A stretch of 64,000 nt of DNA from Haplodiscus bocki (GCA_965655095.1 OZ296650.1:53072001-53136000), one strand, 5' to 3'. Shown: positions 36,651-51,229, counted from the first letter of the stretch. Translations and numbers: made by a program. The notes: generated by a model from the sequence alone, not told the origin.

Positions 36651-38141
36651 CTGCAATTTCAGCAACTATTTGATAAGTGCGGTGTATGTGTAGGGGTGAC
36701 AAACTGGGATATGTCAAGACAGACGCATAAACTTGCGAACGCTAACAGTACTTGAAAACGAGGTGGAACAAAACAAATCAGACCTTGTCTGCATAAAGCA
36801 AAAAATTTTGAAACTATGAGTGATTTCCAATCAAATAAGGAAAACGAGTCGAATGTGGATATAGAATGGTACCAAAACTCATCTTGGAGACAACTGCCCA
36901 ATTGGAACAAGAATAATAATTCCGAATCTTATTGACTTATCATTTCTATTATGGTCACTTAGCCAAGAAGGGGTCCAACTTAATTCGACCCCAGTCTGAC
37001 AGTAACCATTTTCAACGAAATCACACTGGTCTCGAAAAAAAAGTAATATTAGGGCGCTTTGAATCTAGGTGCAAAAAGTTTAAACTTCTCTAAAAAAATA
37101 CTGTACTTAAAAGAGCATAATTTAAGAAGAGTTTTTGCTAGATTTTCCATACTCTTCAATACCTGGTAAGCTTTAAACTTCGGTGTTTTCTGAAAACAAT
37201 TGAGCATGAAAAACAGTGATCTCTTTGCCCTCTTCAGCGGCCAAATTTTGAGCTGAACAGGAAGCATGGACGTTTTCTGACACTATAGTCAGAATATAAA
37301 ACGATGAAAAAATTTTCAAGAGCACTTCAGAATTATTGCGACAAATTTGAATGCCATCGCGACATGCTGTCGATCATATCTTAGCCGCTATTCAACAAAA
37401 TAAATCGAAAGTTGAAAGCGCAAAGATAACAATTCTAAAACTGTAAAACTTTTCCAAGAGTATCATTCAACGGAATCTTTTTGCATACAAGCACCATTTG
37501 GACAGAGTTTATATTTATAGTGAATATTGCAATAAAAATCCGACGAGTGCCAAATTCCATGAGGCAATACAATAGCTCTGCAGAATCGTTAAAAACGGTT
37601 TGGTTTCAATTCACCCCCACCATCCATTCACACCACATTTATTTCACCCTTTCAATTCACATTAAATTAGCAACTTTTTGAGAGCGGTTAAAACTGTTTC
37701 TCTGATAAAAGTTTCATGGCCTAATTACGATAATTAGCAAGTAAATTACCAGTATACTGAAATACTACTGCGACTGAAACAAGGCGAAAGGGCGCAAGGC
37801 ATCCAGCGCCAAGAATTTGGAAGAGTAAAACTTAGAACTGAAATTTATCAAAACTCCGATTGCTTCGAAAAAATGCAGGCAAATCGAAGAGTTGAAAAAT
37901 TTTCTCATCGCGGGGAAAAACTCCAGCGTAATCAAAACTTCTAAAAATTACAATGGTTAACTGGTCAATTTCGACGCTCTGAATAATTTGAAATTTTCCG
38001 ACGCAACAATTTTTGAGACGCGATGAATAGCCATCAATTTGGAAAAGTGGAAAACAAGTTGCGAATTGATGAGAAAAACTTGAGAGTATTTGAACCTAAG
38101 TATTTGAATATTTGAATCCATGCAATCAAGTCATCTGAAAT

Positions 38142-38938
38142 GGTTATGTCATAATACCCAATGCCAAAATACACAATGTGACATATTACCCAATGCCCCA
38201 ATACCCCGTGCTATAACAGCTAAAATTAAAGTATAATTGCTCGGTTATAAGTACTTAAGTAATTACCATTATCTTAAGTATTTTCTGAAAGAATTTGATC
38301 TGAATTAGGTCGGATTGATACCAATAAATTGAACATGATATCAATAATCATATTTTCGAAAAAATGTCAGATTTTTTTAACAGAAAGAGTATAATCACAA
38401 TTTTCATTGTTCTCACAGCATTAAAAACTTTTTCATTGGGGAGTCTTTACTACATTCCTTATACCGAGTAAACCACGTGCTTAAGACGTTTAGTTTCAGC
38501 CTTTTTGAAAAGTTTCCGTATATGGCAGGAGATATTACACAAAAATTTAAGAACCAATGATTCCAATTTTTTTTTCGAGAACAGACAGGGTAGGAAGCAA
38601 ATAATTCTGGGCAGATAGAAGGCATAAAGTTTAATAACTAGAAAATACAGGAAACAGGAAAACCGTCTGAATTGTTTCTACCAAATTTCGTACTTCTCGT
38701 CCAAAAATTTTCAGAAACAATTGAAATGCACTCAAAAGTGCGGGAAATTTTCCCTTTTGTGATTTTGACACAGGAGTATTTTTGACTTCCAAAAAAATAT
38801 TTCCAACGCGTGAGAAAATACAAGACGCTGGTAAATACTTAATTAATAGGCAGAAATTATCCTTTAATTTTGGGTATTATGAATCATTGGGTAGTTTGGC
38901 ATTGGGTATTATAACTTCGGGTATTATGTCCTGACACC
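38142..38938. mobile_element. Non-autonomous MULE-type element/MITE
   Basis: GG...CC ends; inverted ataatacccaatgcca subterminal repeats; 9-bp TSD atctgaaat (38133-38141) / atgtgaaat (38939-38947), one mismatch. Confidence 0.75.
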
Positions 38939-40726
38939 ATGTGAAATCTAAGAGAATAAAAAAATAACGCTCACTCCAGCTTGGGTAAATAGTAGTCAGG
39001 AAAAATTCTGGTTCACTTTAGCGATCAGCATCGCCCACTCGGTTGCGGAGTGCTAAGAAAAAAAATAAAATCTATAGGCATTAAGTTTCACCTAGTGCCT
39101 AAAAAATCAACTTATCTCCATTTTTGCAGCAATTTTCGGAAATTTTTGAACCAAATACAAATAGTTTGTTTTCAATGATTATAAAAATTTTATAGTGTCC
39201 CCTTCCAAAAATTTTGGTAACTTCTCTTTTGATACAGTTTTGAAAACAAAAACCAAAAAAAAATCTCAAAGAAAATTTCTGATTATGACAAACAATATGA
39301 TCAGAACACAATCGTGATACTCGGCTTCCAAACTTTGTTTTCCCCTTTCATAAACCGAACAACTTTCCAAGAAAAGGTCGAAAAAATTAAAAATTCCAAA
39401 AAGGAAGCACAAACCGAAAAAGTTTCGGAGAAGGTCAACGCCACAATTTTTCGTCATCCCCCGCGATACCCTCACTTCAATTATTTACATAAGCCTTCAG
39501 AAGAAAGCCCTTCAATTTTATTTAAAATGTGGTAATTTCACCTGTAACCGATCTTTATTTAGTACCGCATTTTGAAAAGTCAAAATTTTAAGAGACACCA
39601 AGCAAAATTCGCTCGATTCAAAACAAAATCAGTTACTTGCTTTTTGCTCATAATTAAGTTGACTCCTTTAATGGAACAAAGAGTTTGACGATGCTATTTT
39701 CAATAGCGAAAACATTTTTGTTACATTTGAGGTGCAATGATTTGCTGTGAAATTAGAAGAGGTGAAATGAAAAAGGACCGTCAAATTACTGTTGGCAAAA
39801 AAACAGGAATTAGAATACAAATGACCGACATAAAGATAAAGCGGCTTCTGTGATTCCCGCCAGAAGAGAAATTTTCGGCTGAATCAAAATCCATCAAAAA
39901 TTTAGCTATTATCTCCAGGTGGCAATTCTTACTGAGTAATAATGCTCGCACACTTGGATAAAATAGAGTGAATTGCTCCCGCTTCACGAGCATTCCGTCA
40001 AAAAGCGAAAATTTTGACTTCGGGCTTTTGTAGAGTGCTGGAATTTGAATGTTTTGTCCTGTTAACGATTCCAAGAAATTTTTGCTCGTTGAGATTGTAT
40101 GTCAAAATGACCGACAGTGGGGAAGGAAAAATGCCGACAATGCAGATGCTGACAATGGAACGGTGAATCATTTATGACATACAAAAATGACTTTAATTGA
40201 GCGAGCTCCTGAGCAGAGCAAAAATCAAGCTATTTTTGAACCTAAATTCCTCAAAGCAAAAAATTTACAGGAAAACTGTAAAGGCGAAGTTTCTTGAGAT
40301 TTTCATAACATTTCATAACTGTTTTTGTTCCCAAAAAATTCGAATTCCCTGATTCGGCCGTTTTTCAGTTTTCTGCAAAATCACATGACCAACACAACGT
40401 ATTTTCGTAGATTTTCACCGAAAAAACTCGCAAATTTCAAAAGTCTAACCCATGTCTCTTCAGAGTACTCACGAGTTCGCTTGCTTAAAATTAGTATAGT
40501 ATTTTGTAATAATTAATGGATTTTTCTAGGGCAGCTGTCTGAAACAGAAATTGAAAACACCGATTTCACACAACCAAGAAAAGCTTCATATCAGCAAGCG
40601 ACGTTCACTTTGCTAATTTTTGAACAACTTTGGCTAATTTTTGCACCAACTTTGGCTAATTTTTGAGTTAACATTTATTGCTGCTGTTACCTGCTAATTG
40701 TTAAAATAACAACAAAAAATACTCAC

Positions 40727-40890
40727 TACTTCAGTTGGATCAAAAACAACTTCCAAAAATTGGTCGATTCGTTTTTCGAACTTCTTTGCAGCTGTTATAA
40801 AAGCGCGTCTGTCAATAACCTCTTTCAGTCTTTCACTGGTGACCTTACCGTCGGTCATTTCTTCCGAAAGTTGTACCCGTTTCGAAAGAA
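40727..40890 (-). CDS. UBR3: UBR3 exon within RING insertion (VLSKRVQ..FDPTEV)
   Basis: tttcag/GTGAGT, phase 1/0. Confidence 0.8.
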
Positions 40891-40973
40891 CTGAAAGATA
40901 AAATGGAATGATTATCGGGGCTTTTTGATACACAATGAGGGATGACCATGAATGAGATGTGGAACCAACCAAC

Positions 40974-41096
40974 CATTCGATAGTTGAGCGAAACCCATAA
41001 TGACAAAATAGTCTTTACTGGATTCACTTTGTTGCTCTTCACTCTTGAAATGATTGCAAATAATGCATCTCTGTGAAGACTGACCGCTAGAGGACT
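40974..41096 (-). CDS. UBR3: UBR3 exon, RING-H2 first ligand pair (QRCIICNH)
   Basis: ttttag/GTTGGT, phase 1/1. Confidence 0.85.
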
Positions 41097-41968
41097 CTAA
41101 AACAAAGCAACCACATTCGCATTTACTTCTTACAGAGAAGTCAATTTAGCTAATCGAAAATCGGACTAATATTAATACCCAATTTATACAGTAGTGTTTC
41201 AAAATATTGGAGCTTAATATCGTTTAGTGACGCTATCTAGCCGATAAGATCTCGTAATTTGCTCTCAATTTGCAATCTCATTGGTTAATGTTTGCCAATT
41301 TTGGCAATCCCAGCCATTTTTTCCGAAGTTTGAACGTGTTAGAAAAAACTTTTTCGAGAAATTATGTATTACAAAAAATTCCCAAAATTTCTTGAATCCT
41401 TTGATATTCTGGTTGACGAAATATTTTGAATTATCAAAGATATCGCAAATTTTCAGAATACAATCTCTAAAATCTATCTTAAAACATGTAAATTCAAAGT
41501 TCATTGTAGAAAAACAGCAATTTTATGAGCAGTTCGAAATAATTTTGAAAACAGATTGTTGATTGGTTTCAATAAAGTTGTCCAAAAAAATTTTCAACTT
41601 TTGCTGTATTGGTCGCAAAATTTTGAAACAAAAACGATTGTAAACGAGAAAAATTTAAACTTTTCTTTCTACCAAAAGTAACCATTTGGAAAAGTTTCCG
41701 AGATACTGATGTCTAAATTTGGTCAATTTATACAAGAGCTCCATTTTTAATAACTACTGTAGCTTAAGCTACATTTGCTTGAGCAAATTTGCTCTAAATT
41801 CGAAGTCTGAAACCAAGTTTACAAATGATTGGAAATGATTTTTGCTCCCATTTCCCAGTACGGTCATCTATAAAAACTTGTCCAAGATATTTTTCTTAAG
41901 TCTATTTTCCAAAAGAGAATAAGGAGCATGAATTAAATGATTTTGTCTTCATGCGTTTGCTCTCTCAC

Positions 41969-42081
41969 CTTCTTCTCTCTCCGCTGCAATGACACTGTCA
42001 TAATTGTCGTTAAGGAATTTCTTCTGTTTCCTTTCCATTGCTTTCATAAGCTCTTTGTTTTTCAGTTTGGCTCGTCGCTTC
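41969..42081 (-). CDS. UBR3: UBR3 exon, basic E2-binding helix (RKRRAKLKNKELMKAMERKQKKFL)
   Basis: tacag/GTGAGA, phase 2/1; basic region that precedes the RING in UBR1-3. Confidence 0.88.
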
Positions 42082-43067
42082 CTGTAAACAAAATGTGAAT
42101 TGTACTTCTCAGAAACTACCATCAAGCATGCAAAACCTCTTTTCATATTTAATGCTTACCGTATACGGGCAGGGATTGAAATGGTATGCCGCATGTATAC
42201 GCCAGTACCATGCTGTTTTTAGACAGCTGATGACTAGCCGTATATGGCAAATACCGAGAATTACTCTATTGACGTGCAAAAAAGTAATAGAATTGAAGAA
42301 AATTATAGAATAGTTTTTATGATAATCAACTTTTGGTTACAAAAAAAAGCGGAAGAAGAACACATTTTCTCAATTAAACTATCATTGCACCTGCCGAAAG
42401 CCATTGGAAGACTTATTCTTCTAAAAATGAAAGTTAACACCCATACTAATAGAAGTGAAAAACGCTGTTTTAACCTGCTGTATACGGTACCGCCGTATAC
42501 GATTAACAGCAGAGTGAAATCTTTAAAAGGCAATATTGGCAGCATACAGCAAATTGTCTATCCCTCTATATGGGCAATGTAATATTGAATTTCCAGAATG
42601 AAAACCCATTCATTAATTATAATTTTAAAAAAAGCCCAACCATACCTGTTGCTACCCATAAAGAAAACTTTCAGGTTGTAAAACAGCGTACCGTGAATTC
42701 TAAGACCGAGAGTAAAATATCGCCATTCTAAATTATACATTCAGAAAAGCATTTTGAAAAAATCATGAAAAAAAAGATATTCTGAGCCTAGACTGCCTTG
42801 AAAACTTTTCAAAATCTGACAAACAGCACAGCCCAGAGTTGGCGTTGCCTGCCACTCCAATTCGGATGGTGCTATGAAGCTTTTTATCGCTTTTAGGAGA
42901 CATCTGACACGTTTTACAATGGCAAGTACTAGTAGTACAATCAGTCCGTGCAATTAGGCATTTTGTTAAATTCAGTGGATCGATTGGGAAGTGGTACTGT
43001 CATGTCAAAAATTTACTGTTATAGTCGGCAAATTTTATACCAAACTCGTTAATCTATCTGCCATTAC

Positions 43068-43393
43068 CTCTCCAAATAATCAGAAGCTGAGGAAACATTA
43101 GCAGCAGATGAAAACTCGCTTCTCTGAGAGACCTTGACCATGTTAGATACACTGCTGGACGAAGGATTGAGATACTCCACGATGTTTTTCAGACGATCTC
43201 GGCACTCGCAGCTGAGTTGGATGATTCTGGAGAGAAGCAACTTGACGTGATGAGCACCAGTGCCGCACTTGTAATTGTGATGATACGTAACAGCTTCTTC
43301 AATGTCTGACAACTTGAATCGCTTACTCTCATCCTTGGCCATCACTAACTTGTCGTGAAATCGTACCAATAGACTCAAAATATCTTCATTTAC
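43068..43393 (-). CDS. UBR3: UBR3 exon (VNEDILSLLVRFHDKL..GTGAHHVKLLL..DYLER)
   Basis: ttcaag/GTAATG, phase 0/2. Resembles ESILSLLIKLHHKL...GDG. Confidence 0.88.
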
Positions 43394-44260
43394 CTTGAAC
43401 AGAATTCATTTGAACATCGTATACTAAATATTGTGAATCGCATGAATAATTGCTTCTTCAATAAAAATTTTCCAATGGGTGAATTTAAGATAACGTACTA
43501 TGCTGGATAGAAAAAATTGTTGGATACCGTATTTTGCTGCAAGAAAACAACTTTAAAGAAGTACACAAAGCAAAACTTCAAATTTTTCAAGGAGGAAGTT
43601 TCACTTGAAAGAAATGAATTGGGATATCCCTGCTTCGCTGCGACCAATATTCATCAATAATTTCAACTAACGTCACAAGATAAAAAAATATTACCAATTT
43701 TCCAATTACAAAATAAATTTCAAGCTAAACCACCCAGGTCATTTCAGTTGATAAAGAGTTGATGACAGAACAAAGTTTTGACATGCAGCGCCGCCCGAAG
43801 AAAATTCAACACTAGCGAGAACGAACTATTTGCCAGCGATAACGCATATGTTGCGAGTTTCCGATGGATCGGATAAAAATGGTTGATTATTCCATTACAC
43901 TAGCTAGTCGCCAGTGTAACACAGAGGGGAAGCTGCCCTTCGCGAAGGCTGCAAAGCTACTTTCTACACCAAAAAAAGTTTCGATGTACCGAAAAACAAC
44001 TGGTACTTGAAATGATAAAAGCTCGAGTCAAATTTTTTACACTACTATAGCGCTGAGGTACGGACCAGATCCTTTGCAATTAGAAATCATGCTGGCGCCA
44101 CATTCCAAAACAGATTGGTATTATCAGCTCAGCAAAAGAATCGTTGCAAGCTGATTAAAATTGGCACTGCATTAACAAACTATTTGATTTGAATGGGACA
44201 GAAAATTGCAACTGTTCACTATCGGGAAAAACTTCCGGCAAGAAATTATGTAAAGCACAC

Positions 44261-44323
44261 AGTCTCTGGTACTCCTCTTAACTCCGAGGCATCTGGCAGC
44301 CCGTTGAGGACCGGGGCCGCAGT
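44261..44323 (-). CDS. UBR3: Probable UBR3 exon (TAAPVLNGLPDASELRGVPET)
   Basis: ttgttcag acceptor, GTGTGC donor, phase 0/0 matching the next exon. Confidence 0.5.
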
Positions 44324-44426
44324 CTGAACAAAAAAGCCTAGGGAACAAGCTATTCAAGAAAGATGCACAAAAAATTTACATGTTTAAGTTGGAAATTCAA
44401 GTATTAGGCAGTAGTGAAAAATATAC

Positions 44427-44555
44427 CGTGCCTGCCACCTCGCAGATTCTCCCAGCAACGAGAATCTGATTCAACACTTGATGGACGCATTCGGACAATT
44501 GGTTGGCAAGAGTAACAAATTAGACGATCAACGTCCGAGAAAATACATTAGATAT
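44427..44555 (-). pseudogene. UBR3: Probable UBR3 exon with in-frame TAA at 44522-44520, or a shorter exon from an internal CAG acceptor
   Basis: ISNVFSRTLIV*FVTLANQLSECVHQVLNQILVAGRICEVAGT; gatag/GTATAT, phase 0/0. Confidence 0.45.
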
Positions 44556-46819
44556 CTATCAAAAAACCCCAGTTCTTCAAAGTGAAGTAGAACACAGAGT
44601 TAAAAAAGAAACTTCGCAAAGCATGTTGACTTGTCGGTTGATATCAAACATGAAATTTACAAATCAAAGGTACTGAAAAAAATTCGAACAATGACCGGAT
44701 ACAATTTGACGTTTTAAAAAGACACCAAAAACCAAAAGGTAATTCGGAAAGGAACTGAAAAATTACCTGTCACAGTGTCTTATTCGAGAAGTTCATGTGG
44801 CAATCAGGTCTTTATTTGTTTCGCTCAAAACTTGACACAGCAAATATCGGAAAAATGGCCGATACTAGATGTCCCAAGAATTTATGGGAATAAGGAATGC
44901 AAAAAATCTAAGCAATCAAAACGGCTAACATTAGTCAAGAAAACGTCAAAAGAGCTTTCAAAATTTCTTTAGTTGTTGTCAGCCATGAGAAGTTGTCACT
45001 CTTAGTCGGAACATCGGAAAGAAACGGATGACTTTGGTCAAATAAGTGTATACAACATTCAGAAGCGGAGCCTAGAAAGGTCATTTTACAATTCGAGAGT
45101 CAGTGGTGCCAATTTTGCTGAGAAACAGGCGGTTTGTTCCGACTAGAAAGAAGTTCCGAGGTCTTCTTTACTGAAATCAACCAATTTGAGAGTTCAATAA
45201 CTTTACATTCAACATTTCTCGGTGGCACAAAACACAATGCCCACACTGTCTCATATTCAAAACATTGTCCTGTGAAACATTACCTTTCGGAACGATGTTG
45301 TTCATTATTCAGAGATCTTTTCAGAAAGTTTCACACTTTCCAGAACGCAAAAAACACGTAAATGCCCAAAAAACGCCGTTTTTGATCATTTACATTAGAA
45401 GACTACACTATTTTCTGACGTCAAAAGTGTAAGTTTTGGATAAAAAAACTATGCATAAGCAGGTGTCCAATATATTTAATCCTCATTTCAGTCAGAATGT
45501 GCACAAAAAGCATGCTTCACGTCCAATCGAAGTGAAAAAAAAGAGAATCTGAACGAGTCCAAAAGAGCACGAACTCATTTGCATTTCAGAAAACCTACTT
45601 CCACGAACAATGGAAAAAAGAACATATTCTCTTTGCAAAATCAATTGAAAATTCCGCGCGAGATGAAAAAAAACTCTTGAAACAACAGAACCTCGGAACA
45701 AACGGCGCATTCTGGAAAGTAGCTGAGTATGCCGTAGAAAGAGAGACTCAGCAAAATACTGAGTCGTAACTGACAGTAAAACGTGCAGGTGACAGTTTCG
45801 AGTTTGCTGTCGTTGAAACGTTGCATCGACGTTCAAACTTTTCATGAGTAAAGCTTAGCAAATAAAATGTCCTCCAGGACCCCTGATAACTCTAGTTTCA
45901 TTGTAAACAAAAAATACCACCATCATGGCCTGACGAACTTCGTTTTTTTTTTGAAAAAATCCATGACAAAACTTTCGATTTCCATAGAAAAATAAGTTGA
46001 CAATTTTTGGAACTGTCGCACTTCCGAAGGACCAACTTTTTAAAGGTAAAACATTCACAAAAAGTCATGTTTTTCGACCTGTTTGCAACTGCAAGGTTGG
46101 TGTTTGTCTGAAGAGCTTAGGACCGCCAAGTAAAGGATGGATTGGATTTTTTTGTTCAGCCGATTCAAAATTGGGTTCCAGGATATGGTACTAAGATTTG
46201 AAAAAATTTCAATGAAGCCAAGAAACAGGCTTTCCCTGATTATTCCGCCACAAAAGACTAATCGAAAAACTTCGGACCTCCTTCAGAAAAAATCTGAAAC
46301 ACTTCAACCTTTCTGACCTTTCTTGGCAAAGTATTGGCTATATGGAGACCTCTAGCCTCTAAGTTATAATTATAGAGGTTTATCAGCCACAGAAACTGAT
46401 ATTTTCATTTTTTTTTGCATTCAAACCCATCGAAAACTTTTGAGCGCAATTTGACACTTTTGAACTTTCCTCACAAGCAATCGGGTTTTTGGTATACCTA
46501 CTTAGGTACCAAAACAAACGACCACAATTTGATGAAAGTTTCGAAAAAGCCAAAAAAATATTAAATTTGAAATTTGCGTCGCAAAAAAACGTAGATTTCA
46601 TTAAGGTTAAAGAAGGTTTAGTGCCCTATAGAACGGAGTTTTTTTATGCCGATGCAAAGTTTGGGTCAGTGACAGACAAAGCTTCAGGGACATAACACCA
46701 AACTTTGACCCAACAAAGTAAAAAAAAATGAAAGAATTCAAGTTCATTTCCGAGTAATCTATCGATAATCTTAGACATTAAAAAATTCTATTCTCTAATG
46801 TATCAGATTCTTTCTCTTA

Positions 46820-47270
46820 TGTCAACGCTACAAGTGGGTCAACTGCAGAGGTAGCCTCCAGAATACGAGACTAAAATGACAAAATATTCAAAAACAGCTG
46901 AGATCTCAAATTTATTCAGTAGGATACCTCTTGGTAAATTTGTTGAGCGCAACTAACGCTGTCTATGATAGACCAGAGCCGTCTTATTTTGCCTACTCCA
47001 AATTTTGATCAATCGCGGACCTAAACTCCACGATACAAGACTATATTTTGACGAAAAGTGTTCAAAGATAGCCAAAACAGCTGAAATTTCAGAAAAAACT
47101 TCGACAGAAAACCTATACAAAATTTGTTGAGCACAGCTAATGCTTAGGCTCCAATTAATCAGAGTCTTCTTGTTATTCCTATGCTAAATGTCGGTCAACT
47201 GCAGACCTAACTTCCAGTTTACAAGGAAAAAAATGGACAACATATTCAAAAATAGCCGAAATAGCTAATT
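46820..47270. repeat. Diverged ~170-185 bp tandem repeat (about 2.5 units)
   Basis: ggtcaactgcag-like motif at ~46837, ~47007 and ~47192; aatttgttgagc twice. Confidence 0.6.
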
Positions 47271-47614
47271 TTTCGATTTATTTCGCAAAAACAGAAATTA
47301 AAAAAATCTCGTTTCCATCAATAATTTTGAAGAGTGGCAATAGATTATTGAACGGGAATCAAAATAAACGACTATATCTGTGTTTTCCAGGAAAGTTTTT
47401 TTTACCGAACACTGCTTCTTTCGGAGTTTTGCCCATCAAACTACTTTAGAGTGCCATGATTCGATTTTCCACCTTATGAAAAACGACAACTCAAAAAGAG
47501 TAATTCAACATTAAAAAACTGGGTAAAATTTCTATAATCAGTGAATTTATCAGAAAGAGAGCGACGTTTACATAACTAGAAAAAAAAAGAAAACTGTCTC
47601 GTCGACCGTAATAC

Positions 47615-47803
47615 CTGAATGCCAGCCTCTACATGCAACCAGCCAGAAACGGTCATGTCGGTTCCACTCGTAAGACTGAAGATTACTCGTGCGGAGTCCT
47701 TTGGTATTTTGGAAACTTCTGGCTTTTTCGATATCTCAATTCCTCTCATACTTTTGCCAAAATAATCCCCCGAAGCGCGGGGAAAATTTCGTGAGGGTAA
47801 TCT
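47615..47803 (-). CDS. UBR3: Probable UBR3 exon in variable region (RLPSRNF..HVEAGIQ)
   Basis: ttgcag/GTATTA, open frame. No conserved motif, and phase linkage to 49989 is unresolved. Confidence 0.5.
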
Positions 47804-49988
47804 CTGCAACGTAGAAAAGTGCCTAAGATAGTCAGTTTCAAAGAAACTGGGCTCAGCAAAAACAGTGTGGGCTATCATGAAAAAAATTGGTAAAGGCCGT
47901 TGCAAAAATTTTTGTGACTGGAAATTATAGAGTACACGAAAACAAGAAAAAGGATGGTGTATTGGAAAATTGGCAATCGTTTGCTCGAAATTTTCTGAAT
48001 TTGAAAAAAGATGAGATTGCACAAATTTCTCCGTATTTTCTGCTGCGGAAAAATTGAATAAAGTAAAGGGGCTATTGTAGAAATCTTGTTATCTGCTTTC
48101 ACGAAATTTTCCGGCTTCCTCGGGTTTTGGAAACTCTGCGAAAGTCTTTGCTACGTTCTAGGTATACGCCGTGCATAAAATGCACGTAACTAAAAAATCG
48201 CAGGTTAGTAAAGATTTCACATACAAAGTGAGGCTGTCCTCTTCAACAAATAAGTAACAACTAAAGCGCTGACTGAAAATAGGCTCCTCGCGGAGCTCGA
48301 AGAGCGATTGTCAGTGATGAAACAAATGCGATCCGATATTTTCCAACAACTGAACAAAGTGATTTCGAAGCCAGCCAAAACTTTTAGCACTCACCAAACA
48401 TAATCGAAACGGCTATTGAAGCATTTTCCAATACACCATTAAAAACCTTCGTAGGTTCGCAGTTGATGTTTTGTGATTTCTGTCAGAAAGGATTTCCGAA
48501 AAACGGAGAATTAAATCAATTCAAGAAATGTAGGCAGTCAATTCAAACGAAATGAAAAAAAGTTGACACGAACCAATTTTCAAAGATATGAAGAAGAATG
48601 TTGCATTCATGCTTCGCGATTTCAACCTAAGACCAGTTATTCTGCGCAATACGAAGCTCTGAGCAAAACATACTCAAAAGTTTCCATTTTTCTTCCACGA
48701 CTGTAGCCCTTTCCACATTCTTTACTCTTGATCTAGAGGGCCGTCATTTATGACGTTGCTGGTTGTCACTTGCTTCTGCCACTACATTTCTATTGCTCTG
48801 CGTCCGATATACGACAAAATGCGAAATGAGTCTCCATGCAAAAGTTGTTTGATGTCGATGACATTTTATCAAAAAAACACCCAAAATATTTTACAGTAGC
48901 CGAAAAAAATACAAAATTTAGAACTTTTCAAAAACATTTCAAAATGTTCCTCTCATTGAGCAGAATGTTTTTCGACTACTATAAGGTTCCTGCAAATTCA
49001 ATGAATTTTGCGGAACACTTTCTTGGAAAGGCTTTAAAAAACCGTTTTCGAGAAATTTCTTTCCGTTTTGTCTTCCTGGAGACGGTATATCAACACCAGC
49101 GACATCAATCCAAATTGCGGCTCGAAAAAACTGTTCTATAGAAAACTGACGTGATACCACAAAAAAATGCAGTTATATACGGTCGGAAAAAAAATGAAGG
49201 TTTATCCCAATTCCAAGATACTTGCTAATTGCAAGTGAAACACAGATGAAACTGCGCTTCGCAAACACTCGCAATAGAGCAGACCTCCTGCTGACAGTCA
49301 TCAAAATATCCGTGACGTGAAAGTTACATCAAAACTAGCAAAAGCCAGTAAATTTTTGAGATACAAATTGCTGTACATTCAAAAACTAGCAAAAAATACC
49401 ATGTTACTGAAACTTCAATTTTTGTCTGATCCACGTGCAATAATGACGGCATTTAATCAAGTCATTGGAACACTTTTGACGAAACTCAGCTTAATCCACG
49501 AAAAATTCTTTAGATGGAAAACGCAAGAAAAACACATGGAGAAAAAACAATGAACAAATCAAACGTAGTTTTCAGCACAACCACTCAGAACAAAAAAAAT
49601 CGAGCAAAGTCTATGTGTACTAATGCGAAGAATTGGTTTCAAGAGGAACGGTTCTGACGAAAGACCTAAGTAAGAACTCCTTAGATATGCCAATTAGGTT
49701 CCATATTTTGCCAGAAAATCATGACTCTAACAGCCAAAAAATTTCCTCAGAAAAATTACGGAACAGTTGAGGAACTTACTGAATACAAGTCATTGTAATA
49801 ATAAGACATATTTACCTAAATTAAAAGCACAGAATAAGATGCATTAGAAGCCAAAGAACTAACATAGGCATGGGTGAAGCACATAGAAGCCATTTCCGCA
49901 AATGAGCTGGAAGAAACACCTGAAAACCACGCTATTATTTAGGCCAACACGAGTCAGCGTGAGGCGATGGAATTAAAGAAAATCTTAC

Positions 49989-50328
49989 CTAGCAGCCGCA
50001 TACTCCTTTTAGCTTCGTATCTGCGCCAATCTTCCCCTTCAGTATCGGCCAAAGGATCACCTCCCGTCTGAACGTTGGTGCAATTCGAGCTTTCGCTCAT
50101 CTCTTTGAAAGACCCGAAGTGAACTTCGTTGATGATTGTGGCAGCGTTGATGAGGATATTATTGCTGGGGAACCATGAATCGAAGCTGAACTCTTTGACA
50201 GAGTTGAAACAACTGCGAGGCATCTCACAAGCAGTTCTCACGTTGGGAAGGTGATCCAAGCATAAAGAGAAGAGATGACAAGTTAAGGCCATCAAAGATT
50301 CCGGAACGCCTCCATTTTGATACACTGC
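49989..50328 (-). CDS. UBR3: UBR3 exon (AVYQNGGVPESL..FDSWFPSNNILIN..)
   Basis: ttttag/GTAAGA, phase 0/1; DSWFP motif. Confidence 0.88.
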
Positions 50329-50503
50329 CTAAAAACGTACAGAATAAAACGATTACAGTTGGTTGAATGTCACGAAGAAAATGAAAATAGTCCGCTAATT
50401 TGGAGTACCCATTTTTGATTCCAACTGATAATTAGTTTTCCCTGATGAAATCAGATGCAGCTAAAAAATAATTCTCATGAAAAAGAATGACGTGGCAACG
50501 TAC

Positions 50504-50651
50504 TCTATAAAGAATGCAGAAGATCATTCCATGCAAGGTTCTTGATTGCAAGATGTTCAATAAGTATTTATAATGTGGCGATATTGGTTTCAGAGGTTGA
50601 AAAGGCGGCCAGACATCATCAGTTGGTTGGCAATATCCAGCAGAAGACATC
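50504..50651 (-). CDS. UBR3: UBR3 exon (..DVWPPFQP..HYKYLLNILQSRTLHGMIFCILYR)
   Basis: ttttag/GTACGT, phase 2/0, compatible with neighbours; WPP motif. Confidence 0.88.
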
Positions 50652-50914
50652 CTAAAATTAGCAACAGAAAATGGAATTTTTTGCATGATTCATCAATGCA
50701 ACAAGCAATTGAAATCCAATTCAAATAACTAATGAACGGTTCTGTTGATCAAATTCATATATAGTCTACCAAAAAATCACAGCATCTTTTGGTATTCATA
50801 CAGCCACGTCACAAAATAATCGAAGTAGAAATAGTGCAGCGTGAAATCGAACACCAACGACAGAAACTTCAGAGATGGACTTCTACGAAAGCACTGAGTT
50901 TCTTGAGTAAGGTT

Positions 50915-51175
50915 TCAGGACATTTCACCCCACAGAAATTTCACATTTAACCCCAGTACATTATCCCCCGACGATATTTCAAAGCGAAGACACTTCAACC
51001 CACGGACATTTCACCACACCTCAATACTTATTATGTTTACTTATTACTGATTATTTGGATTAGCTAAAGATTACTGCCATTACCACATCCTTTTAAGGCC
51101 TCCACACAGAATTATTGCGATTAACACTTTTCAGGGCCTCCGTGCGAATTATTGCTATTACCACCTACTTTTAAT
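50915..51175. repeat. Subterminal-type short repeats (catttcacc ~15-mers; ~40-bp direct repeats)
   Basis: Visible degenerate tandem motifs, probably the end of another DNA transposon. Confidence 0.45.
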
Positions 51176-51229
51176 TATGGTACTATCGACCGTATGCATT
51201 TGTCCAACATGCATATCAACAATGGTTAG

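Noticed and set aside
19012-48340. Stop-codon reassignment or RNA editing as the explanation for in-frame stops in UBR3 exons
   Set aside because: All three stop types occur, together with frameshifts and a damaged acceptor. Ordinary mutational decay is simpler.
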